64,000 nucleotides of DNA from Dehalococcoidia bacterium (GTDB taxonomy: Bacteria > Chloroflexota > Dehalococcoidia > UBA2979): positions 736,001 to 800,000 of the forward strand of contig OZ244720.1 of the NCBI GenBank assembly GCA_965219085.1. Direction: 5' to 3'. How positions within the stretch are numbered: position 1 is the stretch's first letter; every line of letters starts with the position of its first letter. A program made the translations under genes and the position numbers. Positions 8,772 to 20,324 of the stretch are shown here, one piece after another. A model generated the notes under the pieces. That model ran no database searches. It saw only the letters and a program-made list of their open reading frames with translations, and was not told where the DNA came from.

Positions 8772-10385
8772 ATGAACGACCGACCCGACCCCACGCCGGC
8801 AGCGCTTTATGCCCGCGTCTCCAGCGACCGCCAGGACGTCGACCTCTCCGTCTCAGCCCAACTCCGGGCGCTGCGCGACTACGCCGAGAAGAACAACTAC
8901 CTCGTCGTCCGCGAGTACGTCGATGAGGCCGAGAGCGGGCGCGTCGCCGACAGGCCCCAGTTCCAGAAGATGCTCGACGAGGCCAGCGGCGCGGACGCCC
9001 CCTTCCGTGAGATCCTCGTCTGGAAGTTCTCGCGCTTCACCCGCAAGCGCGAGCATGCCGTCGCCTTCAAGTCGATGCTGCGCCGCCGCGGCGTCCGCGT
9101 CGTCTCCATCACCGAGCACGCCGACGACACGCCCACCGGCAAGCTCATGGAGGCGATCATCGAGAGCGTCGACGAGTTCTACAGCGAGAACCTGGCACAG
9201 GAGGTCATGCGCGGCCTGCGCGAGTCGGCCTCTCGCGGATTCTGGGTCGCTCCCCGCGCTCCGTACGGCTACCGCAGGGTGCAGGTCCAGGACGGCCCGA
9301 GGACCCGACCGAAGCTGGAGCTGAATCCGCCCGCTGACGGCATGGTCCGCCGCATCTTCGAGATGGCGCTGCAAGACCGGAGCGTCCTCGACATCAGCAA
9401 GACCCTCAACGCCGAGGGCATCCCGAGTCCCGCAGGCAAGCGCTGGAACAAGACGACCATCCACCAGATGCTCGCCAACGAGACCTACACGGGGACCCTG
9501 CTCTGGGGCGTCACCGCCAAGGACGGGCTGCCACCCGTGCGCGTGGACGACGCCTTCCCGGCCATCGTTTCCCGGGAGGAGTTCCGGCAGGTCGCGGCGC
9601 TGCTGCGCGCGAGGGCGCCCGCGCAGGTCCACCCCCGGCGCGCCGGTAGCCCCTACCTGCTGAGCGGGCTGGTCAAGTGCCATCGGTGCCGCAGGGCGCT
9701 CACGGCCGCCGAGGCCAAGAGCGGCAAGTACACCTACTACGTCTGCCAGTCGTTGCTGAAGCGGGGCAGCGGCACGTGCGAGACGCCGCGCCTCAACGCG
9801 AAGCGCTTCGAGCAGCTGATCATCGACCAGATCCGGGAGCACGTCCTCACCGAGTCCAACATCCGCGACCTCGTGCGGCTCGTCGATGAGGAGATGGACG
9901 GAGTGGCCCGCGAGGAGCGGGCGAAGCTCGAGAGCATCGAGGCGGAGCTGGCCGAGGTGCGCCGCCGGATGGACCGGCTGTGGCACGCCGTCGAGACCTC
10001 CGACCTTGAGGTGAACGACATCCTGCCCCGCATCAGGCAGCACCAGGAGCGCCAGGGACGCCTCGAGGCGGCGGCCCAGGATGCCCGCACGGCGCTGTCG
10101 GAGCGTCGCGTGGTGCTGGACAGCGTGGAGACCATCGCCGCCTTCGCCCGGGAGATGAGCGAGTTCCTGAGGACGAGCGACCTGACCGAGTCGAAGGCCT
10201 TCATCCGCTCCTTCGTGAAGGAGATCGCGGTGAAGCCCGGGACGGCGACGATCCGCTACACGATCCCGACGCCTCCCGACAGCACAATCGGCGGTCGAGA
10301 TGCCGCGGAGGTTGAGTTGCCCGAGGCAGTTCGCAGTACAGTCCAGTATGGCTGGGGACCAGGGATTCGAACCCCGACCTACTGA
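8772..10385 (+). CDS. large serine recombinase (resolvase, recombinase, Zn-ribbon and coiled-coil domains)
   Basis: YARVSS catalytic Ser, APYGY, LLSGLVKCHRC..YYVC; the gene ends inside tRNA-Gln. Confidence 0.95.
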   Translation: MNDRPDPTPAALYARVSSDRQDVDLSVSAQLRALRDYAEKNNYLVVREYVDEAESGRVADRPQFQKMLDEASGADAPFREILVWKFSRFTRKREHAVAFKSMLRRRGVRVVSITEHADDTPTGKLMEAIIESVDEFYSENLAQEVMRGLRESASRGFWVAPRAPYGYRRVQVQDGPRTRPKLELNPPADGMVRRIFEMALQDRSVLDISKTLNAEGIPSPAGKRWNKTTIHQMLANETYTGTLLWGVTAKDGLPPVRVDDAFPAIVSREEFRQVAALLRARAPAQVHPRRAGSPYLLSGLVKCHRCRRALTAAEAKSGKYTYYVCQSLLKRGSGTCETPRLNAKRFEQLIIDQIREHVLTESNIRDLVRLVDEEMDGVAREERAKLESIEAELAEVRRRMDRLWHAVETSDLEVNDILPRIRQHQERQGRLEAAAQDARTALSERRVVLDSVETIAAFAREMSEFLRTSDLTESKAFIRSFVKEIAVKPGTATIRYTIPTPPDSTIGGRDAAEVELPEAVRSTVQYGWGPGIRTPTY

Positions 10386-10422
10386 TCCAGAGTCAGCTGT
10401 CCTACCATTAGACTAGTCCCCA
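10349..10422 (-). tRNA. tRNA-Gln(CTG)
   Basis: TGGGGAC..GTCCCCAG-CCA acceptor, GCTGA-CT-CTG-GA-TCAGT anticodon arm, GTTCGAATC T-loop. Confidence 0.97.
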
Positions 10423-10458
10423 GCGGTCGATCCACCCTAACAAACAGCGGCCGACGGG

Positions 10459-11973
10459 TCACGATCCCGCCGCATCATCCTCGACGGCCTCGGGCGGGTA
10501 CGCCTCGACGAGCACGGGCACGGCCGCGCGCATGCGCTCGAGGCAGGGCGTCGCGCCGACGATCTCCATCGTCTCGAACAGCGGCGGGGTGACGCGCTTC
10601 CCGGTCACCGCGACGCGACACAGCATGAACAGGTCGCCGGCGCGCAGGCCGATCTCCTCGGCCGCAGCGCGGAGCGCGGCCTCCAGCGGCTCGGCGTCCC
10701 ATGTGTCGGCGAGGGGTTCGAGGGCGGTGATCGCGGCCTCCAGCGCGGGGGCGGCGCGCTCCGGCGTCTTGCGCATGCCGCGCGCGATGAACTCGCCCGG
10801 CTCGGCCACCTCGACCTCCTCGGTGAAGAAGAAGTCGGTCATCGGCGCGACCTCGGAGAGCAGCTTCACGCGCTCCTGGATGAGCGGCGTGAACGCGTCG
10901 ACGAGCTCGCCGTCGAGGGGGCGGGCGACCTCGGCGGGCAGGTCGTCGTCGAGGCGCTGCGCGAAGCGGCCGGCGAGGTCGTCGAGCGACAGCGAGCGCA
11001 TGTACACGCCGTTCATCCACTCCAGCTTCTCGGTGTCGAACGTCGCCGGCGCCGGGTTGAGGCGGGCGAGGTCGAACGAGGCGACGAGCTCGTCGCGCGA
11101 GAGGATCTCGGTCGAGTCGTCGAGCGCCCAGCCGGTGATGGCGAGGAAGTTGCACAGCGCCTCGGGCAGGTAGCCGTCGGCGGCGTAGTCGAGCACGGAC
11201 TTGGCGCCCTGGCGCTTGGAGAGCTTGCCGCCGCCGGGGCCGAGGATGACCGGCGTGTGCACGAAGATCGGCGGCTCGTAGCCGAGCGCCTCGAACAGCC
11301 GCACGTGGCGCGGCGTCGACGGGATCCACTCGTCGCCGCGCGTGACGTGCGTGATCTCCATCGCATGGTCGTCGACGACGTGCGCGAGGTGGTACGTGGG
11401 GAAGCCGTCCGACTTCAGCATCACGAAGTCGTCGAGGACGCGGTTCTCGTAGGTGATGGCGCCGCGGATCAGGTCCTCGAACGTCGTCGAGCCCTCGCGC
11501 GGCATGCGGAACCGCACGACGTGCGACTCGCCCGCCGCGGCGCGGGCGGCTGTCTCGTCGGGGTCGAGGGCGCGGCAGCGGCCGGCGTAGCCGGGCGGCT
11601 GTCCGCTCGCGCGCTGCTGCTCGCGCAGCGCGCGCAGGTCGTCGGGCGTGCAGAAGCAGCGATAGGCGTTGCCGTCGGCGAGCAGCCGCTCGATCGCCTC
11701 GTGGTAGCGCTCGAGGCGCTGCGACTGGATGTACGGGCCGTACGGCCCGCCCTCCGCCGGCCCCTCGTCCCACTCGATGCCGAGCCAGCGCAGGGAGTCC
11801 TCGATGCGCTGCAGCGAACCCTCGACGGCGCGCGACTGGTCGGTGTCCTCGAGCCGCAGCACGAACGCCCCGCCGAGGCGGCGCGCGTGCAGCCAGCTCC
11901 ACAGCGCGGTGCGGATGTTGCCGACGTGTGGGTCGCCGGTCGGGCTGGGCGCGTAGCGTAGTCGCACGGTCAT
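10459..11973 (-). CDS. gltX: glutamate--tRNA ligase
   Basis: RYAPSPTGDPHVGN, RLEDTD, KLSKR. Confidence 0.97.
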   Translation of the reverse strand: MTVRLRYAPSPTGDPHVGNIRTALWSWLHARRLGGAFVLRLEDTDQSRAVEGSLQRIEDSLRWLGIEWDEGPAEGGPYGPYIQSQRLERYHEAIERLLADGNAYRCFCTPDDLRALREQQRASGQPPGYAGRCRALDPDETAARAAAGESHVVRFRMPREGSTTFEDLIRGAITYENRVLDDFVMLKSDGFPTYHLAHVVDDHAMEITHVTRGDEWIPSTPRHVRLFEALGYEPPIFVHTPVILGPGGGKLSKRQGAKSVLDYAADGYLPEALCNFLAITGWALDDSTEILSRDELVASFDLARLNPAPATFDTEKLEWMNGVYMRSLSLDDLAGRFAQRLDDDLPAEVARPLDGELVDAFTPLIQERVKLLSEVAPMTDFFFTEEVEVAEPGEFIARGMRKTPERAAPALEAAITALEPLADTWDAEPLEAALRAAAEEIGLRAGDLFMLCRVAVTGKRVTPPLFETMEIVGATPCLERMRAAVPVLVEAYPPEAVEDDAAGS

Positions 11974-12905
11974 GCGGCATCCTCCTCGGTGTACGCGGCT
12001 ACCTCGTGGTCAGCGCGGAGCGCCGCGATGGCGTCCTCGACGTCCTCGGGGAGCGGCGCGACGAACTCGCGCCACTCGCCTGTCGAGGGCAGGCACAGCC
12101 CGAGCCGGCGGGCGTGCAGCGCCTGGCGCGTGATGCGCGGCGAGGGGGAGCCGTAGAGGCTGTCACCGATGATCGGGTGGCCGATGGCGTCGAGGTGGAC
12201 ACGGATCTGGTGCGTGCGGCCCGTGAGGATGCGCACCTCGACCAGTGCTGCCTCGTCGCCGTACTGCTCCAGCACGCGGTACTCGCTGAACGCCGGCTCG
12301 CCCTTCTCGACGACGGCGCGCCGCGTGGGGTCGGCCGGATCGGGCCCGAGCGGGGCGTCGATGCGGCCGGCGGCCGGCTCGACGAAGCCCTCGGCGATGG
12401 CGTGGTAGACCTTGAGGATCTCGCGCGCCTTCCACTGCGCGCGCAGCAGGTCGCGGGCCGCCTCGGTCTTCGCGAACGCGATCGCCCCCGAGGTGTCGCG
12501 GTCGAGGCGGTGGACGAGCCCGGAGCGCGCACCGCCGATGGCGGCGACCTCCGGCCGGTGCGCGCGCACGACGTGCACGAGCGTGACCGCGGGGCGCCCC
12601 TGCACCGGGTGGACGAGCAGGCCGGCCGGCTTGTTCACGACCAGCAGCTCGTCGTCCTCGTACAGGACGTCGAAGTCCGCCTCGGCAGCGAGTGCGTCAA
12701 GGTCGGGGGTCGTGGGCAACCGGATCGTGATCTGGGCGCCCGAGCGCACGCGGCGGCCGGGTCGGGTTTGCGGCTTGCCGTCGATGTCGGCGTGTCCGGC
12801 CTCGATCAGCCGCTGCGCCTGCGAGCGCGAGAGGTGCGTGAGGTGCGCCCCGACGAGCTGGTCGAGGCGCTCCTCGGCGTCCGCGGTGAACCGCTCGACC
12901 TGCAT
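11970..12905 (-). CDS. RluA/RluD-family pseudouridine synthase with S4 domain
   Basis: NKPAGL, HRLDRDTSG, TGRTHQIRVH. Confidence 0.95.
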   Translation of the reverse strand: MQVERFTADAEERLDQLVGAHLTHLSRSQAQRLIEAGHADIDGKPQTRPGRRVRSGAQITIRLPTTPDLDALAAEADFDVLYEDDELLVVNKPAGLLVHPVQGRPAVTLVHVVRAHRPEVAAIGGARSGLVHRLDRDTSGAIAFAKTEAARDLLRAQWKAREILKVYHAIAEGFVEPAAGRIDAPLGPDPADPTRRAVVEKGEPAFSEYRVLEQYGDEAALVEVRILTGRTHQIRVHLDAIGHPIIGDSLYGSPSPRITRQALHARRLGLCLPSTGEWREFVAPLPEDVEDAIAALRADHEVAAYTEEDAA

Positions 12906-12918
12906 CAGGCGCCTCGCG

Positions 12919-13443
12919 TCACTCGGCCGCTTCGTCCGGCGCGTCGGGCCGTAGCGAGAGCAGGATGAGCGCGATCACGCCGACGACGATCGAGGAGTCG
13001 GCGAGGTTGAACGCGGGGTAGTGGGTCGGGTCGATGAAGTCGGTGACCTCGCCGCGCAGCAGGCGATCGATGAGATTGCCGACCGCCCCGCCCAGCACGA
13101 GCGCCAGCGCCACCGTGTAGAGCCGGTCACCGGCGGGCGCGACGTACAGCAGCACGAGCACCACGGCGACCCCGACGAGAGAGCTGACGACGAGCAGCGG
13201 ACCTGCGCCCTGCAGGATACCGAAGGCCGCGCCGGTGTTCTCGACGTGGGAGATACGGATCAGCTCGAAGCCGGCCGGCCACGTCTCGCCCTCGGCGAGC
13301 CAGCCGCGGATGAGCGCCTTCGTCGCCTGGTCCAGCACGACCGCGGCGATCGCGATCGTGGCGAAGAGCCGCGCCTGCGGCGCGTGCGAGGCCGGTGCGG
13401 ACTCGCGCACGGAGGCGCCGGGGCTGGCTTCGATGCGTTCCAT
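12919..13443 (-). CDS. lspA: lipoprotein signal peptidase II
   Basis: NTGAAFG, GAVGNLIDR, AFNLADSSI. Confidence 0.95.
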   Translation of the reverse strand: MERIEASPGASVRESAPASHAPQARLFATIAIAAVVLDQATKALIRGWLAEGETWPAGFELIRISHVENTGAAFGILQGAGPLLVVSSLVGVAVVLVLLYVAPAGDRLYTVALALVLGGAVGNLIDRLLRGEVTDFIDPTHYPAFNLADSSIVVGVIALILLSLRPDAPDEAAE

Positions 13444-13623
13444 GGGGTCATCGTAGCCGAGCGCGCGGTTCCAGTCCGAGGCGGGCGCGCGCGGCCGGGG
13501 AGCTCGCGAGCCGCCCCACTACGTGGGTAGTAAGCGCGGTTGTGACCCCCTCGCAACGCCCGATACGATGGATCGGCCGCGAGGATCTCCCGGGCGTGGC
13601 CGCCCGAGACGAGAGGGGGAGCC

Positions 13624-14229
13624 GTGACGACCCAACAGGCCGGCAACAAGCCGAGTCGCCCACCCGAAGCCGACCGACTGCCTCCGGGGCAGCGGCTCAC
13701 CGACGGCTGGCCAGTGCTCACCTACGGCTCGACGCCTCGTGTCGACCTCGCGACGTGGGAGTTCCGCATCTTCGGCCTGGTCGAGGGGGAGCAGCGCCTG
13801 AGCTGGGATGAGTTCAACGCGCTCCCGCAGATCGATACGACCACGGACATCCACTGCGTCACCACGTGGAGCCGCTACGACAACCGCTGGCAGGGCGTCC
13901 GCTTCCGCGACCTCCTGGAGCTGGTCACGGTGCTGCCCGAGGCGAACGAGGTGATGTTCCACTCCTACGGCGGCTACACGACGAACGTGCCGCTCGACGA
14001 GCTCATGGGCGACGACGTGCTCCTCGCGCACAGCCACGACGGCCAACCCCTCGGACCCGACCACGGCGGCCCGCTGCGCGGGGTGATCCCGCAGCTCTAC
14101 TTCTGGAAGAGCGCGAAGTGGGTGCGCGGCATCGAGTTCCTGCCCGAGGTCCGCCCGGGCTTCTGGGAGATGTACGGCTACCACATCCACGGCGACCCGT
14201 GGAAAGAGGAGCGCTACGTCGGCGACTAG
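13624..14229 (+). CDS. molybdopterin-dependent sulfite-oxidase-like oxidoreductase (YuiH-like)
   Basis: LPPGQ, DIHCVTTWS, HGGPLR, YFWKSAKW, GFWE..GYH. Confidence 0.9.
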   Translation: MTTQQAGNKPSRPPEADRLPPGQRLTDGWPVLTYGSTPRVDLATWEFRIFGLVEGEQRLSWDEFNALPQIDTTTDIHCVTTWSRYDNRWQGVRFRDLLELVTVLPEANEVMFHSYGGYTTNVPLDELMGDDVLLAHSHDGQPLGPDHGGPLRGVIPQLYFWKSAKWVRGIEFLPEVRPGFWEMYGYHIHGDPWKEERYVGD

Positions 14230-14299
14230 CCTCGTCTGTAGCCGCCTGCCTCGTCTGTCGAGGAGCCCCGAAACTCGGCCCACTCCCCCGCATGGCAGA

Positions 14300-14325
14300 G
14301 AGAGGCCCGCGTGAGCGGGCCTCTC
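14300..14325. terminator. hairpin between convergent genes
   Basis: GAGAGGCCCGC-GTGA-GCGGGCCTCTC perfect 11-bp stem. Confidence 0.65.
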
Positions 14326-14347
14326 CGTGTGCGACCGCTGCCGTGGT

Positions 14348-15120
14348 TCAGGCGATGCGGCGTCGGGTGTAGACGGCCGCGCCCGCGACGAGCATGACGG
14401 CCGCGGTGAGCGCTGCCCACTGCCACGCGGCGGGCCCGCTGGTAGCGGTCACCAGCCCGGCGTTGCCGGTGTTGGGACGCGGCATGGTCTGCTGGACCAC
14501 CTCGATCGTGGCGGTCGCCTGCGTGCCGCTCACGAGGTCGAGCAGGCGGATCGTCTCGGTGGTGGCGACGCCGTGTCGACGTTGTCGACGCCGCGCGAGG
14601 GGTCGGGCTGGCCGCCGTCGAAGCCCGTGAACAGCCCGGTGTTCTCCTCGGTGCCGGCCTCGTAGGCTCGCAGCTCGATGGTCTGGCTGAGCGGCGTGTC
14701 GCCGTCGAAGAGCGCGACCGACTGCAGCCCGACGAAGCCGTCGTTCGTCGCGACGAGCATCTGCGCCGTGGGGAGCAGGTCACCAGGCTCGGCCGTCACC
14801 TCGAAGACTACCGTCGCGCCGCTCGCGGGGGCTGCGTCAATCTCGCCCGCGCCGAGCGCGGACACCGCCTCGGCAGGGTTGCCGATCTCGGCGATACGCT
14901 CGATGGCGAGCGACGCCTCGGCGTCGCGGGCCCAGAGCGCGCCGGAATCGGTGTGCACGAGCCAGGCCCCGGGACTGAGGATCTGCTCCGGGTCGCTCGC
15001 GTTGGTGATCGTCACCCGGAACGTCACCGGGCGGGCGGCCTCCGTGGTACTCGCGAGGCCGGACAGCATTGCCGCGGCCAGGGCGAGCACCAGGATCGCT
15101 GTGATGGGGGTACGGAACAT
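14348..15120 (-). pseudogene. spondin-domain surface protein with a frameshift near 14573
   Basis: signal peptide, LSPG, MLVATNDGF, YEAGTEEN; restoring one base joins it to the PNTGNAG-TM-RRR tail. Confidence 0.75.
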
Positions 15121-15195
15121 GTTGCACCCCTCCTTTCTCGCACCTTTCCAATACCTAGTCTCGCACATTTCAAGACCAAGTATCACACTGGGGCG

Positions 15196-15227
15196 AAAAA
15201 AAACGCGCCGGCCAAGAGTCGGCGCGT
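15196..15227 (-). terminator. Rho-independent terminator, probably the original terminator of the malic enzyme gene
   Basis: ACGCGCCGGC/GTCGGCGCGT stem with an A8 tract on + (U-tract on -). Confidence 0.75.
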
Positions 15228-15256
15228 CGGGCGATCGGATCGGAGTTGGCGCTGCT

Positions 15257-16438
15257 AGACCGTATGGAGTGACCGGCTCCGAGTTCGCAAACTCGCGGGT
15301 TACAGACGCGAGGCATGCAGAGCCGCATGCGAAAGGAGCCGGTCAGGAAGATGACTACCACATACGCAGGGATGGATGCACACGCGCGGGCGATCCACGT
15401 GGCGGTGCTGGCGCCGGGGGCCGAGCGGCCCGAGGAGTGGCAGCTGGCGAACGAGCCGAAGGCGGTGAAGCGGCTCGCGCAGCGCCTGCGGCGCATGGCG
15501 CCGGGGCCGCTCGTGGCCTGCTACGAGGCCGGGCCGGGCGGCTTCGCGCTGCAGCGCCGGCTGGAGGCCGAGGGCGTCGAATGCCGGGTGATCGCCCCGG
15601 CGCTGATCCCCAGGCGACCCGGCGACCGCGTCAAGACCGACCGTCGCGACGCACGGAAGCTCGCCGAGCTGCTGCGCGCGGACCTGCTCACGGCGGTGCA
15701 TCCCCCGACCATCGACCAGGAGGCGGTGCGCGACCTCTGCCGGGCGCGCGAGGACGCCGTGACCGACCGCACGCGGGCGCGCCACCGCCTGGCGAAGCTG
15801 CTGCTGCGGCGCGGCATCGCCTACGACGGGCGGAACTGGACGCTGCGGCACCGCCGCTGGCTGCTGACGCTGCGCTTCGAACACCCGGCCGCGCAGGCCA
15901 CCTTCGACGACTACCTGCGCGCGCTCGAGGGCGTGGAGGAGCGGCTGCGCACGCTGGAGCAGGAACTGGCCGCGTGTGCCGCCAGCGACGACTACCGCGA
16001 GGCGGTGGGGCTGCTGCGCTGCTTCCGCGGGGTCGACACGGTGACGGCGATGACGGTGCTGGCCGAACTCGGCGACGTCACGCGCTTCGGCAGCGCCCGG
16101 CAGCTGATGTCCTACCTCGGGCTGACGCCGAGCGAGCACAGCAGCGGGGCGCGCCAGCGGCGGGGGCCGATCACGAAGACAGGGAACAGCCACGTGCGCC
16201 GCATCCTGGTGGAGAGCGCCTGGCACTACCGCCACCCGCCGCGGGTCGGCGCAGCCCTGCGCAAGCGGCGGGAGGGCCAGCCGGGCTGGGCCGTGGTGCT
16301 GGCCGACCGGGCGCAGACCCGGCTCTATCGCCGCCACCGGCGGCTGGCCGCTCACGGCAAGCCGTCGGTCGTGGCGAACACCGCCGTCGCCCGCGAACTT
16401 GCGGGCTACCTGTGGGCGGTGCTGCGGCGTATCCCCGC
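15257..16438 (+). mobile_element. IS110/IS1111-type element copy 1, 3'-truncated (transposase from 15351)
   Basis: matches the 20325-21874 copy up to RRIP; DEDD motifs GMDAH/YEAG/KTDRRDA; right end missing. Confidence 0.9.
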
Positions 16439-16596
16439 CGGCCTCGACCTCCCGAACCATCTCCAGCCGGGCAGCCGGTGTCAGACGCGCGTTAGGATGT
16501 GCCACGAGAGGCTCCTCTCCTGCTCCTGGTGCGTTCGTGACACACACAGCAGCAGGCGGAGCCCCTCACCTGCAACAACCTACGTGGGAACTACAC
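16436..16596 (-). mobile_element. IS481-family left-end remnant
   Basis: TGTAGTTCCCACGTAGGTTGTTG end identical to that at 19252; N-terminus VAHPNARLTPAARLEMV; flanked by CTAG. Confidence 0.8.
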
Positions 16597-18075
<1,479 letters not shown>

Positions 18076-18287
18076 GTACTGCACTCCTGTAGCGCAGTGC
18101 GGGGCGGTGGCGCGTAATGTTGCGGCAGGTTTCCGACTGGCGCTAGTACCCCGCGCAGAGTTCGTCTGCGTTGCGGCCAACACGTGCTAGAATGCATGCG
18201 CTGGCCCCCGGAACGCCGACCGGGAAGCCACTCCCCTCTGGACGCCGAGTCGAATCGAGGCATGCACTCGTGAGAGGGAAGAACCAC

Positions 18288-18755
18288 GTGAGATCCTTGA
18301 ACATGCCGGGCGGTCGCCGCGGAGGCGGCGGTCTGGTCTTCGTGACGGTGGTCGCCGCTGCCGCGGTCGCCGTGTTCCTGTGGTGGCGACGCCGCCAGGA
18401 CGCACGGATGCGGGAAGCCGCCGAGACGCCGCAGGCGTGGGCGCCGCCCGCCGCGCCCGCGCCAGCCGCGCAACCCGAGCCCATGGCCGCTCCGGCCCAG
18501 CCCATGGCGGCTGCTCCAGCCGCGCCCGCGGCGCCGCCGATGGCGCCACCGGCGCCGGCCGCGCCACCGGCGCCGGCCGCCCCGCCGATGGCTCCTCCGC
18601 CAATGGCGGCGCCCATGCAGGCGCCGGCGGCGCAGCAGCCCGTGGCGGCGGCGGTCCCTAACGGGAACGGGCACCCGCCGATGGCTGCCGCCCCCGACGG
18701 CAGTGGCGTGCCGATGTATGCGCAACCGCTCGGAGCGATGCCCGTCGCCCGGTAG
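18288..18755 (+). CDS. single-pass membrane protein with Pro/Ala-rich tail
   Basis: RBS-like GAGAGGGA, TM segment then WWRRR, PMAAP repeats. Confidence 0.6.
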   Translation: MRSLNMPGGRRGGGGLVFVTVVAAAAVAVFLWWRRRQDARMREAAETPQAWAPPAAPAPAAQPEPMAAPAQPMAAAPAAPAAPPMAPPAPAAPPAPAAPPMAPPPMAAPMQAPAAQQPVAAAVPNGNGHPPMAAAPDGSGVPMYAQPLGAMPVAR

Positions 18756-18954
18756 CGGGCAAGCAGACCCTCAGGAACTGGTTCACGGCCTCGCTCGGCA
18801 CTCCGGGCGGGGCCGTTTTCTCGTATCGCAGCCCATTCGACGCGCGCCGGACACGACAGCGTGGGTCGCGCCCGACGGTGACCGGCCCGCCGAGCGCGGT
18901 CCGGATGCACGTATGACCGTGGGTGCGGGCGTTGGTATCCTCGGAGAGTCAGCA

Positions 18955-19030
18955 GCCCCCATCGTCTAGGGGACCAGGACGCCACCCTTTCAAGGTGGAA
19001 ACAGCGGTTCGAATCCGCTTGGGGGTACCA
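18955..19030 (+). tRNA. tRNA-Glu(TTC)
   Basis: GCCCCCA..TGGGGGT-ACCA acceptor, CCACC-CT-TTC-AA-GGTGG anticodon arm, GGTTCGAATCC. Confidence 0.97.
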
Positions 19031-19098
19031 AGGTTTTTAGGGGTTCCTGCAATTTACCGTTCGGTCGATCGCACGAAATGGGGCCATTTTGGGGCCAT

Positions 19099-19250
19099 CT
19101 ACTCAAGCATGTCGTCGAGCGCTTCGGCCGCCGCGTCCTGTTGGCCAGGCAGCACATGGGTGTAGACGTCGAGCGTGAACGCTGCACGAGAGTGCCCGAG
19201 CCGCTGCGCAACCGTCTTGGGGTCGACGCCTGCCCGGATCCATTGGCTAG
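19099..19250 (-). pseudogene. tyrosine integrase C-terminal remnant
   Basis: GVDPKTVAQRLGHSRAAFTLDVYTH; cut off by IS481. Confidence 0.85.
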
Positions 19251-19251
19251 C

Positions 19252-20321
19252 TGTAGTTCCCACGTAGGTTGTTGACACCTGCAGGGCGTCTTGAACCCTG
19301 CAGGGGTTGCTCGTGAAGGGAGCCTCCGGGAGAAGGTGTGAGTAACAAGCCAGCACCTTGCACCTGGAGGCTCCGATGCATCGTAACGCCCGACTGACCT
19401 TCCTCGCCCGCCGCACGATGGTGGAACGCATCGCCGCGGGCCGCGCGGTCGCGCACGTCGCCGCCGAGATGGGCGTCTCCCGTCCGACCGCCTACAAGTG
19501 GTGGCGACGCTGGCTGGAGGAGGGCGAGGCCGGTCTCGAGGACCGCCCCAGCCGCCCGCGACGCTCCCCGGCGCGTGTCCCGGCACGGCTGGAGCGCGCG
19601 ATCGAGCGCCTGCGCCGCCGCGAGAAGCTCGGTCCGGCACGCATCGGCTTCCGCCTCGGGATGCACGCCTCCACCGTCCACCGCGTGCTGTGCCGCCGCG
19701 GCCTCAACCGCCTCGCCTGGCTCGACCGCCCGAGCGGGCAGCGGATCCGCCGCCCCCGGCGCTACGAGCATGCCCGCCCGGGCGACCTGCTGCACATCGA
19801 CGTCAAGAAGCTGGGGCGCATGCCCCCGGGCGGCGGCTGGCGCGCCCACGGACGGGGCCAGGCGCCGCGCAGCCGCGCCGGCTACGCCTTCATCCACTCC
19901 GCCGTGGACGACCACACGCGCCTCGCCTACAGCGAGATCCTCGCGGACGAGCGCGCCGTCAGCGCAGCCGCCTTCCTGCAGCGGGCGTGGGCCTGGTTCG
20001 CCGAGCTCGGCATCGAGGTGCGGGCCGTGCTCACCGATAATGGCGGCGCCTACAAGAGCCGCCTGTTCAGCTCCGCCTGCCGCCTCAGCGGCGGGCGGGC
20101 GAAGCGGACCCGGCCCTACCGCCCGCAAACCAACGGCAAGGTCGAGCGCTTCCACCGCACGCTGCTCGAGGAGTGGGCCTACGTCCGCGTCTACCGCAGC
20201 GAGGCCGAACGCGCAGCCGCCCTCGGACCTTCGCTGCACCGCTACAATCATCACCGTTGCCACACCGCGATCGGAGGTGAACCCCCGATCAGCCGTGTCA
20301 ACAACGTCCCGGGACACTACA
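19252..20321 (+). mobile_element. IS481-family element (transposase 19376-20326)
   Basis: IRs TGTAGTTCCCACGTAGGTTGTTGACAC / TGTAGTGTCCCGGGACGTTGTTGACAC; HIDVKK, VLTDNG, NGKVERF. Confidence 0.93.
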
Positions 20322-20324
20322 CCT

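Larger units (their letters stand above)
1..10360. mobile_element. integrative conjugative/mobilisable element at tRNA-Gln (right part)
   Basis: transfer ATPases, relaxase-like gene and recombinase abut the tRNA 3' end; core genes resume after it. Confidence 0.75.
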
